Shown here: one piece after another, positions 38,142-49,617 of the stretch
Layout: each line of letters starts with the position of its first letter
Position numbering within the stretch: position 1 is the first letter of the stretch
Assembly (NCBI GenBank): GCA_051362555.1
Contig: CM120648.1
Span: 2,023,721 to 2,087,720 of the forward strand
Direction: 5' to 3'
Length of the DNA stretch: 64,000 nucleotides
Origin: Lingula anatina
Taxonomy: Eukaryota; Animalia; Brachiopoda
The notes under the pieces: generated by a model
Databases searched by the model: none
What the model was told of the DNA's origin: nothing
The model's input: only the letters and a program-made list of their open reading frames with translations
Translations under genes and position numbers: made by a program

Positions 38142-38700
38142 CATCATCATCATCATCATCATCATCATTTATAGTCTAAAATCCAACGTTTGATCAATAG
38201 ATTTACAAATTTATAAAATTCACAATTAAAAAATTTCTAATGGTCATAAGATGAATAGAAGGAAAATGATAATAGTAAAAATGTTAAAGGTAAAAAATAG
38301 ATATTTCAAATGGATAGGAGGCGAAAAGTAGAACTATGAACTAAGAACAATTGTTCGTAAAAAGTATTCTTTCAAGAATTAAAAATAATATTGCTTCAAA
38401 AGGTAGGTTTTAAGTTCCTTTTTAAAATGTCCAGGGTCTACAATTTGCCTAAGATTGATGGGTAAATTATTCCTTTCTCCAGGTGCTGCAATTTTAAAAG
38501 CTTTGTCACCGTATGACACCAATCTTGCCTTACAAGCCTTAATAAGAAGGTGGTCACCTGATCTAAGATTTTGTGATGGTATAGGCCTATAGTGTGAAAC
38601 TCTTTAAATACATGGGTGCAAGTTTGTAAAATACTGCATGTGGAAATGTTAAAAGTTTAAGAAAATGCATGCTCGCACAAGGAGACAGTGCAACATCTTT
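38142..38700 (-). mobile_element. 3' fragment of an L2/CR1-group LINE
   Basis: Minus strand reads LAPMYL.../PSQNLRSGDHLLIKACKARLVSYGDKAFKIAAPGERNNLPINLRQ...FKKELKTYLL, the typical L2-like ORF2 C-terminus, followed by a (GAT)n tail. Absent from copy B. Confidence 0.75.
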
Positions 38701-38746
38701 GAAAACATACTGTCTACACGTGGATAAAATAATAATAATAATAATG

Positions 38747-38782
<36 letters not shown>

Positions 38783-38931
38783 TCTGAAAGCATGGTCAGA
38801 AAAGCCCAGCAGATTTTCAAAAATGTGAAATACCAAGGACATACTCTTAAATACGCTTATAAGGAATTAATGCTGACTCTGGCGGATAGGAAGGAGTCCT
38901 ATATCGATCTGCGGGAATCGTATTGTGTCCC

Positions 38932-39111
38932 CAGGCCCGTAGCTATCAATTTCAAAGGGGGGGGGGGGGGGGCTTTTACCGAAACAGCGGACCTTTTACC
39001 ATATGACACCTTCTTGCACCTACAAGTAGATCAATCTTTCCCAGAGCAAACCTTTTTCCTGGCAAAAACGCGGTTCGTTTGAACGACTCGAACCCCCTGA
39101 CTACGGGTCTG
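38932..39111. mobile_element. Small non-autonomous TIR element (hAT-like termini)
   Basis: Ends CAGGCCCGTAGC...GACTACGGGTCTG are inverted repeats. Absent from copy B. No clear TSD. Confidence 0.55.
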
Positions 39112-39907
39112 CTCCTTTAGGATATATTTTAAGGTATGCAATTAAAATATTTATAACCCGTTCATTACCCTACTACTACAGTAGAACTGGTCTGGTCGCA
39201 GCACTGAAATTATTTTTATTTTAGATTGACTTAAGTTCAAATGTACCTGAAACCGTCTTCGTCTTCTTCGTCGTCTCTTTGTACTGGCTTCCTTGATGAC
39301 AACTAAGGAGTCGTCGCTTTCTGTGGTATCTGATGATAAAGATAGGTCAGCGAGGCCATTTTCAATTACTTCGGACGTCGAGTTGGTCACGGGGTCCTGC
39401 TTGCTATCTAGCTTGTATTCAATGAAAAGCGATGCCACGCCTTTTCCTTCTTTGTAGTCCCAAGAGTTCACTTGGGCAGACTTTAAATTGCGTAAAAGCG
39501 GCGCCGGGAGATTCCAAGACAACTCCCCACGCTCCATATTAGACGACGTCTCGTTCACTTCAAAGTTTCCACTCAATCTACAAAAGTAGAGATTAGTTTT
39601 CGAATCCCCTATCACTATTGACAGTACACAATTATTGTGGTTACTTGTACCAGTCGAATAACTTGTTGATGACAGATGTATAGAGATTACAGGAGTGGTG
39701 CTAAGCTGAGAGTAGGCCTACAGCGGGTACGGAGATTCAATTTTTTAATTGATAAACACCTTCACATACAAGGTACAATCAATGACAACACAGGTAACTA
39801 TAACATAGCACAAACAAATAAATAAATACAGATTATCATAATGTTGGTATAAATGGCTATACAAACGGATACGTATGAATCGTTTCATAATCAATTTACC
39901 AGGTTTG

Positions 39908-40510
39908 CAACAATACTTGACTGATAGACTCAGCCTCCTGAGCGAGAAAATAGATGCCCTATATCTGGAAAACGAATCCCTGCGTGAGAAACTCTCCAAA
40001 CAAATCAGTGACACAAGGAAGTCCCTTGACAACCTAAAAGAAACCAGCCATTTGGCGAAAACAGCTGTGAAAATGGCAAACCACAACCAGCAGTATTCGC
40101 AGAAAAACAACATTAAGTTTTTAAACTGGCCGGAAAAACCAAAAGAAGACCTGAGGAGAGACCTCTGCCGCATCCTGAAGGAAAAGGTGAATGTGGACAT
40201 AAGCCCCGCCTCAATTCTGGGAATCCACAGAATACCAGGAAACAGCGGTGGCGCAAGACCCGTTATAGCCAAATTCGTTAACACCGAGGAAAAAACGAAA
40301 GTTATCAAGCATAGACAAGCACTGAAAGGTAACTTTATAATGTTCGATCACATTACTCAGAAAAATGCTGAGTTGATCAAAATTCTAAAAGGTAAAGAAG
40401 CTGTACATTCAGCCTGGTACTTCAATGGCAGAATATTTGCCATAAGAAATGACGGTCGCCGATATACATTCGACATATTCGACGATATCGACACCACATT
40501 AAAACAATAA
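39908..40510 (+). CDS. LINE ORF1 protein (coiled coil + RRM-like), N-truncated
   Basis: NQQYSQKNNIKFLNWPE, IHRIPG...RPVIAKF and SAWYFNGRIF are typical ORF1 motifs. The ATG at 39875 lies in flanking DNA upstream of the TSD. Confidence 0.8.
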   Translation, partial: QQYLTDRLSLLSEKIDALYLENESLREKLSKQISDTRKSLDNLKETSHLAKTAVKMANHNQQYSQKNNIKFLNWPEKPKEDLRRDLCRILKEKVNVDISPASILGIHRIPGNSGGARPVIAKFVNTEEKTKVIKHRQALKGNFIMFDHITQKNAELIKILKGKEAVHSAWYFNGRIFAIRNDGRRYTFDIFDDIDTTLKQ

Positions 40511-40948
40511 GCCTGAAAATGAACTTTATACGGACACTGAAATTTTGGACAATAAAAATCAATGTAAAACTGAAAGTAGTTATAAACAGCAGAGCGGTAA
40601 CTGTTAGCTAGCCGCTCTAGCATCAAATTATTATTATCATTATTATTATCATTATTTTTTTAATTACTAGTTATTAGTACTATCCTGTGTATGTGTGTGT
40701 TTTCGATAGTTTGTCTTGGTGTGTATGTCAATTCTGGTAGAATGGGTACAAGTGGTCTATTGTATGCGTGGGTGGATGGAAGTGAATTTGATAATGCATT
40801 ATATAGTATAACCGATATATATGTAGTTAAGTTATCCCTATTAGTTTGCAACAACGAAACACTTAGATTTGATACCTCAGTACGATTGCTTTACCTACAC
40901 TTAGAATATGACTGTGCGATGTAAATTTATTTTCTGTCGTATATACAT

Positions 40949-43900
40949 ATGCGGCAGAAACCTGGTAGATATACACAGATCAAATCAAATATTAAAATAT
41001 GCTCAGTAAATTGTAGGGGCCTTGGGGACCGAAATAAGCGGTTAGATGTGTTCAATTTCTTGCGGAAGAAATCCTTTTCCATCTACTGTTTACAAGATAC
41101 TCATAGTACATTATCTATGGAAAAATATATAGCAGCTGAATGGGGTTTTAAATGCTTTTTCAGTCATGGAACCTCTAATTCAAGAGGAGTTGCAATATTG
41201 GTTAACAATAATTTTGAATATAAAATTAAGGAGGTTGAGAAAGACACTAACGGAAACTTTATTGCTCTTAGTATGATAGTAGATGAAAAAGACATTTCAC
41301 TCATAAATCTGTATGGTCCCAATAATGATTCACCTGAATTTTTCTTAAAAATACACGAGACAATAATGAATTTTGGAAATCAGGATCATATTATCTGTGG
41401 GGACTTTAACTTAGTATTAAACCAAGAGAAGGACACATATAACTATAAACATAAAAATAACCCCAAGGCCTCTAATCAACTTTATACCTTGATGGAATTA
41501 CATAACTGGCACGACATATGGAGGGAAATGCATGAGGATGTTAGACAGTATACATGGCGGCAGCCTACGCCTTTTAAACAGGCAAGGTTAGATTATTTTA
41601 TTGTTTCCACAACCATTACAAATTATATCGAAGATAGTCAGATTATTCCAGGTTATAAGAGCGACCACTCCATTATAACTTTGGACTAACAGTTAAAAAG
41701 GAAAATTAAACACGGAAAAGGTTTTTGGAAATTCAATAACTCCCACTTATATGAAAGTGAGTATGCCGATATGGTAAAGCAGATAATCAATGAAACTATC
41801 TTAGAGTATGCAGCAGCGCCCTATAATAGAGATAACATACTGAATATTGACAGACATTCTTTACAGTTAACTATAAGCGATGGGCTATTTCTTGAAACTC
41901 TCTTAATGAAAATTAGGGGGAAAACGATTGCTTTTGGTGCTAGGATAAAAAAGAAAAGAGAGTCAGAGGAAAAACAAGTGGAAAATACTATAAACGACCT
42001 AGAGAATGATCTTAAAAATGAGGCCGAATTAGACAAAAAAGAAGAAATTCTTGAAATGATAAATAAGGAAAAGATGAAACTGGAAAATATAAGAAAAATA
42101 AAAGTAAAAGGCATAATGATAAGATCAAAAGAAAGATGGATAGAATACGGAGAAAAACCATCAAAATACTTTTTAGCACTGGAAAATCGCAATTTTACAA
42201 ATAAGTCAATAACTAAACTGGTAACAGATAACGGAAATATTCTTACTGAACAAAATGAGATTCTCAAAGAAACCGCACGCTTCTACGAAAATTTATTTAA
42301 GAAAACAAAATCACAAATCAGTAGACATAAAAACTCGATTGGAAAATATTGAAACTCCAAAATTGACCGAAGCCGAAGCATCCTCGCTCGAAGGAAAGAT
42401 AAACTACGCTGAACTCTATACAGTATTAAGACAAACGAAAAATGAAAAGAGCCCAGGTACCGATGGGTTTACTTACGAATTTTTCAAATTCTTTTGGAAA
42501 GAACTGAATAGTTTTTTAATAAGATGTATAAACGAGGCATACGAAAAAGACAAACTACCTATAACTCTTACCCGGGGTATAATCGTCCTTCTACCTAAAC
42601 ATAATAAGCCTACCAACTCGTTAAAAAACCTAAGACCGATATCACTACTTAATGTTGTGTATAAACTCGCCTCGGCATGTATAACGAATCGAATAAAGAA
42701 AGTATTACCAATATTAATAAATGAAGACCAAAATGGGTTTATGGCGGGCAGATACATAGGTGAGAATACACGGACCATTTTCGACTTAATTGAATACTGT
42801 GACGCACATGAAATACCAGGTCTGTTGATGCAAATCGATTTTGCTAAGGCTTTCGATTCAATCGACTGGGGTTTTATCGAAAAAACCTTTGAATTCTTTG
42901 GCTTTGGAGAATCTATCATAAAATGGATAAAACTCTTCCTTAAAGACTCCTCTTCGTGTGTCTTGGTTAATGGTTTTGCCTCTTCTTTCTTCAATCTTTC
43001 TCGGGGTTGCCGTCAGGGGGATCCCATCTCCCCTTACCTTTTCATTCTTTGTGCTGAGATACTAAGTATCATGTTAAAAAATGAAATAGACATAAAAGGC
43101 ATTACAATACATAATCAAACTTTTCTCATCTCCCAGTATGCTGATGACACAACTATTGTGTTGGATGGGACTGAAAAAAGTTTAAGAAATACCCTAAAGG
43201 TTCTAAATGAATTCTCCCAATTTTCTGGACTACAAATGAACAATCAAAAAACTAAATTAAACTGGTTCGGAAGCAAGAAAGACTCACAAGAGAGCATGGG
43301 TAAAGAGTTGAATCTCGATTGGAATGAACGTTTTTTCAGAATCCTTGGAATAGATTTCTCAGTAAATTTACATGAAATGATTGAGAAAAATTATAGAGAG
43401 AAACTCGAAGATATGGAAAGAATTATGAAACAATGGACTCACCGATCGCTAACAGTTTTGGGGAGAAATGTAATTTTTAAATCACTGATCCTTCCAAAAA
43501 TGACTCATTTATTTTCCACATTGCCAATACCAAACAAATATGTAGACAAAATACAAAAAATGTGCTTTAATTTCATATGGAATGGAAATATTGAAAGAGT
43601 AAAACGAGATATAATGACACAGTCGTACTTAAATGGAGGTATAAAAGTCCCCGATATTAGAAACTATATTGATTCCCTAAAAATTTCATGGCTCAGGAGA
43701 ATCATGCACAAAAATTCAAAATGGTCTTTCTTTTTCCTTAGTCTGATCCCTGAAAGTAAGGGTGTACACTGGTCTGAAATGGGAATGTCTGAAATGCAAA
43801 AAATTAAGAACGGATCAAAAAATGCTTTTTGGAATTAGGTCATTGATGCATGGTGCAGACTGTTAAAGAATAAAAAGATTGATACAAAAGAAATTTTTTA

Positions 43901-44807
43901 AAAGAATGTTTATGGCTAAATGATAAAATACGGATAAAAAACAATCCTATTCTTATAAGAACCTGTAATAAAATAGGTATAAGAAACATAAATGACTTGA
44001 TCGATACACAGGGAAATTACCTCACATACCAACAGTTCAAGGAAAGGCACGGGAATATAATAAATTATGTTACGTTCACAAGTATACTATGCGCAGTAAA
44101 AAAATTTCAAAAACAAATGAATATAGACAATTTACACGAAAAAATTGAGCTCCCTATAATTTCAACCCAACTTAAATGGCTATTAAAATTTACAAAAGGG
44201 GGGAAACCTTTTTACAATATTTTGAACTCAAACGAAATGAAAAAGACTAATGCAATGTCAAAATGGGAACTCCTTTCTAAAGAACCTCTCACAGCTGAAG
44301 AGTGGAAAATCTTGAATAACATTCCTTTCCAATGTACTTTAGATACTAAACTGCGCTGGTTTCAATTTAGAGTATCAAAAAGAATTTTAGCTACAAATAA
44401 TTTTTTTACGAAAAATTGGGATAAAAGACACAGAGACCTGCTCCTTCTGTAACGAACACCCTGAAACTCTTCAACACTTATTTATTGAGTGCAAAGTAAT
44501 TGCTCCCCTTTGGGCAAAAATACAAGACTGGATCCATTTAAAGACTGGACTTGTATTACAATTAACAGCATCTGATATAATTCTAGGAATTCCAAATTTG
44601 AAATGCAATGCGCTCAACAGTTTGCTGATCATAACAAAATTTATTATATATAAATTTAAAATGAAAAACATTACCCCGAACATAGAAAATATTAAAATAG
44701 AATGGAGACAGGCCTACATCGCAGAGAGAAATATAAGTCTGAGAAACATGACAATAGATAAATTTAATGAAAAATGGAAAAAGCTGCAGCCTCTCTTCCT
44801 GGACTGA
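40949..44807 (+). pseudogene. LINE ORF2 (APE endonuclease - reverse transcriptase - CCHC), disrupted
   Basis: EN motifs SVNCRGL, CLQDTH, GDFN, RLDYF, SDH. RT motifs KSPGTDG, RPISLLN, DFAKAFDS, GCRQGDPISPYLF, QYADD. C-terminal CSFCNEHPETLQHLFIEC (~44440-44491). In-frame stops at 41687 and 43836; frameshifts near 42305, 43895 and 44410. Confidence 0.93.
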
Positions 44808-44964
44808 TATCTTCTATCTGCGTATGTTCCCCTGCCGATATTTGATAGTAAAACACATATTTGTTTTTATCTGTATTAGATCATATTATTTATTAAGTGT
44901 TATTAAGTATTTTACTATTAGGTTATCAATATATCGTTGTTGACATATATATTAAATGACACAG

Positions 44965-45019
<55 letters not shown>

Positions 45020-47096
45020 CAAATGACTGAGTGTCTCTTTGTGAGTGAGTGAGTGAGTGAGAGAGTGAGTGTGATTTTTATTTAGTTATTTCTAAATTTT
45101 GTATTTTTTGTTGAGATCTGTACTTATTTGATATATGCAATAAAAATAAATAAATAAATAAATAAAATTTACCAGGTTTGATCTACACGCCTAGTCACTG
45201 CTGACAGCGCATATGTCAGATCTAACACTGGTATTATGTATTGGTATGCCCCCCCCCCCATAAAAATATATATATATATTTTTTTTTTATATATATAATG
45301 GAAAAGGGAAGAAAACAGCAGAACAGACAACATAGAACGAAACGAGACAATACCAGGCAATTATACACAATTACTTTCCTGTCTCTATTTTATGCTTTTT
45401 AATTGAAATTTAGCGTTAAAGTTCTTCCATTTCCTGTGAGGTGAATTGCGCAGTGTAGAGGGGGCAATGCACTCGACGAATTGTTATTTTGTCTGGTGTT
45501 CTTACATGCCAACCAGTCTCGCCTCCCACCTCTCTCTTTTTTACACGGCTTGTACGAGCGCCTATACAAGCTACCGTGCTGTATTTGATGCTTTCATGAA
45601 CACTACAGACGAAAAAAAGAAAACATTTTCTGAGTCATAAGCAAGGGGGGTTTTTACATACAAATCACAATGCCTTAAGCCATGTTTACAATTATATCTC
45701 CGCCTTTTATCTTATCTTACTATTCAAGCAGGGCTAGCCTATAGTTTCTTCCGTGTTTACTTATTTCATGGCTATAATGGGTATTTGGTAAAATAAATAT
45801 GTTCCAAGTCTCTTGTGAAATGATGGTAAAACGTAAATCCAATATAGGTTCTAAATATAGGAACGAACTTTCTCACCTGTGAGTCGGTCATATAAAGTCC
45901 CCGAACGACGTATGAGAAAGGTCACGCTGCATAAATTGAGACACCTCGCTGTTTTCTCGTCAGATATTACTCACTTTTGCCATTGATTATTACTTTATCT
46001 TACGTCTACGAATTGAAATTGTGTTCAATTTTTTCCATGTAGGCCTAGGTGTCGTTCATATGCCAACATTGCTACTTATGTAAAATCATTAAAGGTCAAC
46101 AGTAACAACAGCACATTAACGTCAATATCTTGTTAAGAACGGAATAAGCTGAGAATGACCTATTTACTTGTCTCCCCAATAAAGATATTCTTTGAATGCG
46201 TAAAATATATGAGCAAGTGTACTATGAAAACATTGCACGTCGAGGATAATACATCACCCGTTTCAACATACCGAATTAGATATGCGTATACTAACTTCGT
46301 TAATTCAGGCAAATATTTATATCAACAGAATACTTATGTAATGAAATAACTTCTTTCTCCAATGCCTCTCGCCTATATTCTATGGTCCGATTAAAGACAA
46401 TAATGTATTAATTAGCCTACCTAGATAATTAATACCAACTCACTCTCAGGATGAGTCAGTGTTCCATGCTGTCTAATGTAGTCATTTGGAAGTTTGACTT
46501 TTTATATCCTTCCAAAAGGGGATTTTGGATTACTCAAAATGTTTTCGCACTGTGAAACTGAAAGATAACACGTGGTATGGATATTACGTGTACCTCATTA
46601 TAGAGTCACTCTACTAGATAAATTAAGAAGGTGTGTTTCTTGTGACGAGTCAATTGTTATTGGGCCAAAATCAATAACTATTTACCTGCAAAAGCAGGTT
46701 ACTTTTTTACATTAACTATAAAACGGTTCATGTAAAAATACAAAGAGCTGATGTACTCAGTAGGTGAACCCTATTGGAGAGGTCTAGTGTAAGTTGCCCT
46801 AAAACAAGCAGAGCGTAGCAAGATTTGTCATACATCTTTGGGGTTCACTTCCCCTCCCCCTTCCTCTTTATCTCTTTCTCTCCATCGCCGCCCCTCTCTC
46901 CCCATCAATAATAAAATTCTGATTTAGCTAGCTTTAACAAAGTCTCGACATCCAAATTGTATGGTGAAAAGGACAGTGTTATTTTTATGAAAATAAACAG
47001 AAGGCTTTCATCGTGCATCGAAGAAAAGGAGTAATTAGTTAAGCGTATTTCACCGAGTTTTCACCGAGTTTACCAAAATTTGAAACATAAATGTCA

Positions 47097-47355
47097 CTTG
47101 AAGTGCTAGGGGATATTGATGACACAAAATTATCCGTCGCTGTTTGCACGCGAGTCACGTGCGCATTACAGGTAATTATATTGATGTATAGAAATTTATA
47201 TAGGTAAAAACACCGTAGTCTGAAGTATGCATATATCTCGTGAAGTGCTAGGGGATATTGATGACAACAAAATTACCCATCACTTATGTTTGCATACGAG
47301 TCACGCGCACAGTTCAATTTCTACAGGTGATTATTTTGATTCATAGATATTTATA
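47097..47355. repeat. ~145-155-bp tandem repeat, 2 copies in unit A
   Basis: GAAGTGCTAGGGGATATTGATGACA at ~47100 and ~47242. Same family as 55625-56845. Confidence 0.8.
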
Positions 47356-47642
47356 AACCTTGTTGAACAACTCAGGATTCATATATCAGTAGCCTTTATT
47401 TCACATCATCACATCATGCATAAGACAAATGGTGAAACTAAAAATAATGAAAATAAACGCAATGAATAAAAATAAAAATGATAATACTAACAATGGAGTA
47501 CAATTAATGATGAACATGAGAAAAGTAATGGCACAATTTATGATACTATAATGAACAAATAAATAATTGAATAATAATAACATACTCGAATTGCAGCTAC
47601 ATAAACTTGGAGATAATCCTGTTGTTAAAAAAATGTATACAT

Positions 47643-47805
47643 ATACGATGGGCTTGCCCCCATGCGTATCTGTGACAAAATCATACGATGGGCTAGCCCC
47701 CATGCGCATCTGCTGACAAAATCATACGATGGGCTTGCCCCCATGCGTATCTGCTGACAAAATCATACGATGGGCTAGCCCCCATGTGCATCTGCTGCTA
47801 AATCA
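47643..47805. repeat. 41-bp minisatellite x4 with internal palindrome
   Basis: ATACGATGGGCT(T/A)GCCCCCATGCGTATCTGCTGACAAAATC starting at 47643, 47683, 47724 and 47765. Confidence 0.9.
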
Positions 47806-47833
47806 CGAGTGGTCTCCACCCCAGTATGATCTG

Positions 47834-47979
47834 GGCTCCGTATCTCGAAAGGTTCGCTATGTTGCGCACGTGCGTTAGTGTCTCGATTCCATAACCAATT
47901 CTATTTCGAGATACGGTGTCATGGAATCGAGACACTTGCGCACGTGCGCAACATAGCGAACCTTTCGAGATACGGAGCC
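47834..47979. mobile_element. Fold-back MITE, PIF/Harbinger-like (146 bp)
   Basis: ~60-bp near-perfect inverted arms GGCTCCGTATCTCGAAAGGTTCGCTATGTTGCGCACGTGCG... and a 3-bp CTG duplication (47831-47833, 47980-47982). Confidence 0.85.
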
Positions 47980-48239
47980 CTGCTCATTACTCCCTAAATC
48001 CGTAACAATGGGTCACTGCAGGTATATTACTCTCAAAACTTATACAATACTACTAGTGTTCTCTAAATGAAACAAACAATGATGAATACTGATAAATATC
48101 CTAATTACAACAACAAATAATAATAATTATTATTATTTAAAAGCACTTGTTTTACTTTTCAACTTATTTTGCCGCATGGGTCGGCAACAAACCTACACTG
48201 TAATTGTTATGATGTATACGTATTTACAAAGTTTTTTTA

Positions 48240-48454
48240 GGCTGTATTCCCAGAGCTTTTAGATCGATCTATCCCCGCGGGGAGTCTCACTAGATTACTG
48301 TCAGATAATCCGGCTTAAATGTCCATCCCGCCTACTACAAGCTGTAAGGGGGTAATTAACTTTCGTGTCCGCCCGGCTGACAGCTATTTAGCGTGAACCC
48401 CCAGGGAGTTAGGTCGATCTAAAATAGATCGATCTAATCTCTGGAAATGGGGTC
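48240..48454 (+). mobile_element. PIF/Harbinger-like MITE (215 bp), copy 2
   Basis: Near-identical to 17871-18085. TTA duplication (48237-48239, 48455-48457). Empty paralogous site near 56885. Confidence 0.85.
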
Positions 48455-49617
48455 TTAGATAATGAATAGCAGGTAATATTCTAAGGGGAGAGACAGATGG
48501 CAAGTAACCTTTTCATCTAGTTATACTCAAGGGTCCTTCAAAAGGAGGTAATCATGTACAAGTGTCATCTTCTCTGAACAGAGAATCATATCGTATACAT
48601 AGACCAAATCCCAAATACGTCGTGGCTCAGGTAGCTGTGGTAGGATAGTCATGGGGGTGATTGTTATGGTCGAGCAAGAAGTTGTACAACTACAACTTCT
48701 TGGGCCGAGGGTTGCATACTCGGGTTGTCGTGATTGTACATGTATAGGTTGGTGTCGTCTGCGGTATTAATATAACAATTTATACTTACGTGGAAATAGT
48801 GATTGGTTGATAATTAAATTCTATAATAGTGTGTTATAATTGTCCATTTGGTGACTTATAAAATCAAAAGAAACTTATTCACTTTTTATACCAATTAAAA
48901 CATAAATTTTAAACGGACAACGTGATGACCAAAATAATTAGGAAAATCGTTTATTCATAAAACACAATAATAATTATTACTTTCATTTGCAACCAAAAAG
49001 CCATTCTTTGAGAATGTTCTAAGAAAGCTCACATACTGGTTGTGGGGTTAAGCATATTCTCCTTAAAAGTATTTACAAGATAATTTACCTAGATTACCCT
49101 CTAGAATTTGGAACTTTTTAAAAAAATAATGTGCATACATTTTATAATGCCAGAGGTATGTTTTAGTAATGCCCATCACATTAATACCTGTACACTTAGT
49201 ATGGGGTAGAATTATTCACCGGTAATTTATCTTCACAAAGTGATCATTTCTTGTAACTTTATGGCAGACGGCTTTATATATTCTTTGATTTAATAAATTA
49301 ATGGATCAGCACCAAAATATCATCGATTCAAACTTAGCCCATTTTTGAGGTATGTGTAAGAAGTAAACCAACAAAGATAAAAACCGACAAACGCCTGGTG
49401 ATCATTTCTCGCACAGAGCAAATTCTCCTTAGTTAATTTACATTTTACATTCAATGAGATTCCACTGCAGACTTTGGCATAACTCAATGGGCTCATTCAC
49501 AATGAGACTTTTGTTCTACATAGATCGATCCAACTCCGTGGAGACTCTCGCTGAATGCAACCAGATTAAGAGATTAACACCCCAGTAAACTCTCAACTCG
49601 CACCATTTACTACTAAT

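Larger units (their letters stand above)
31202..39537 (-). pseudogene. LRR-TIR gene copy A; exon 4 interrupted by a transposon, otherwise open (~561 aa if the TE is removed)
   Basis: Exons 39247-39537, 37583-38066, 37228-37385, 34703-36884 (split by TE 34790-36701), 34196-34329, 33807-33959, 31202-31399. Same phases and, for exons 3-7, same lengths as copy B. Confidence 0.8.
39908..45165 (+). mobile_element. L1/Tx1-clade LINE, 5'-truncated within ORF1
   Basis: 15-bp TSD AATTTACCAGGTTTG at 39893-39907 and 45166-45180. (AAAT)n tail. Contains ORF1 and ORF2 remnants. Confidence 0.95.

Noticed and set aside
38587-39082. ORFs with poly-Ile stretches that look like TM helices (also 5296-5484, 17332-17602) and the poly-Met start of 37563-38168
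   Set aside because: Translations of (AAT)n and (CAT)n microsatellites in introns. They are not a TM exon or signal peptide for the LRR-TIR gene and are absent from copy B.
39875-39907. ATG at 39875 as the true LINE ORF1 start
   Set aside because: It lies upstream of the 15-bp TSD, so it belongs to the target site; the element is 5'-truncated.
39745-42994. Long minus-strand ORFs (39745-40308, 41821-42267, 42473-42994)
   Set aside because: Antisense shadows of the A-rich LINE ORF1 and ORF2.
44968-45072. (TA)n and (GAGT)n tracts, plus other microsatellites at 779-820, 38728-38780 and 63715-63754
   Set aside because: Ordinary simple repeats; the first lies within the LINE 3' UTR.
47643-47805. 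Palindromic 41-bp repeats resembling a CRISPR array
   Set aside because: Units are head-to-tail with no unique spacers, no cas genes are present and the context is eukaryotic. It is a minisatellite.
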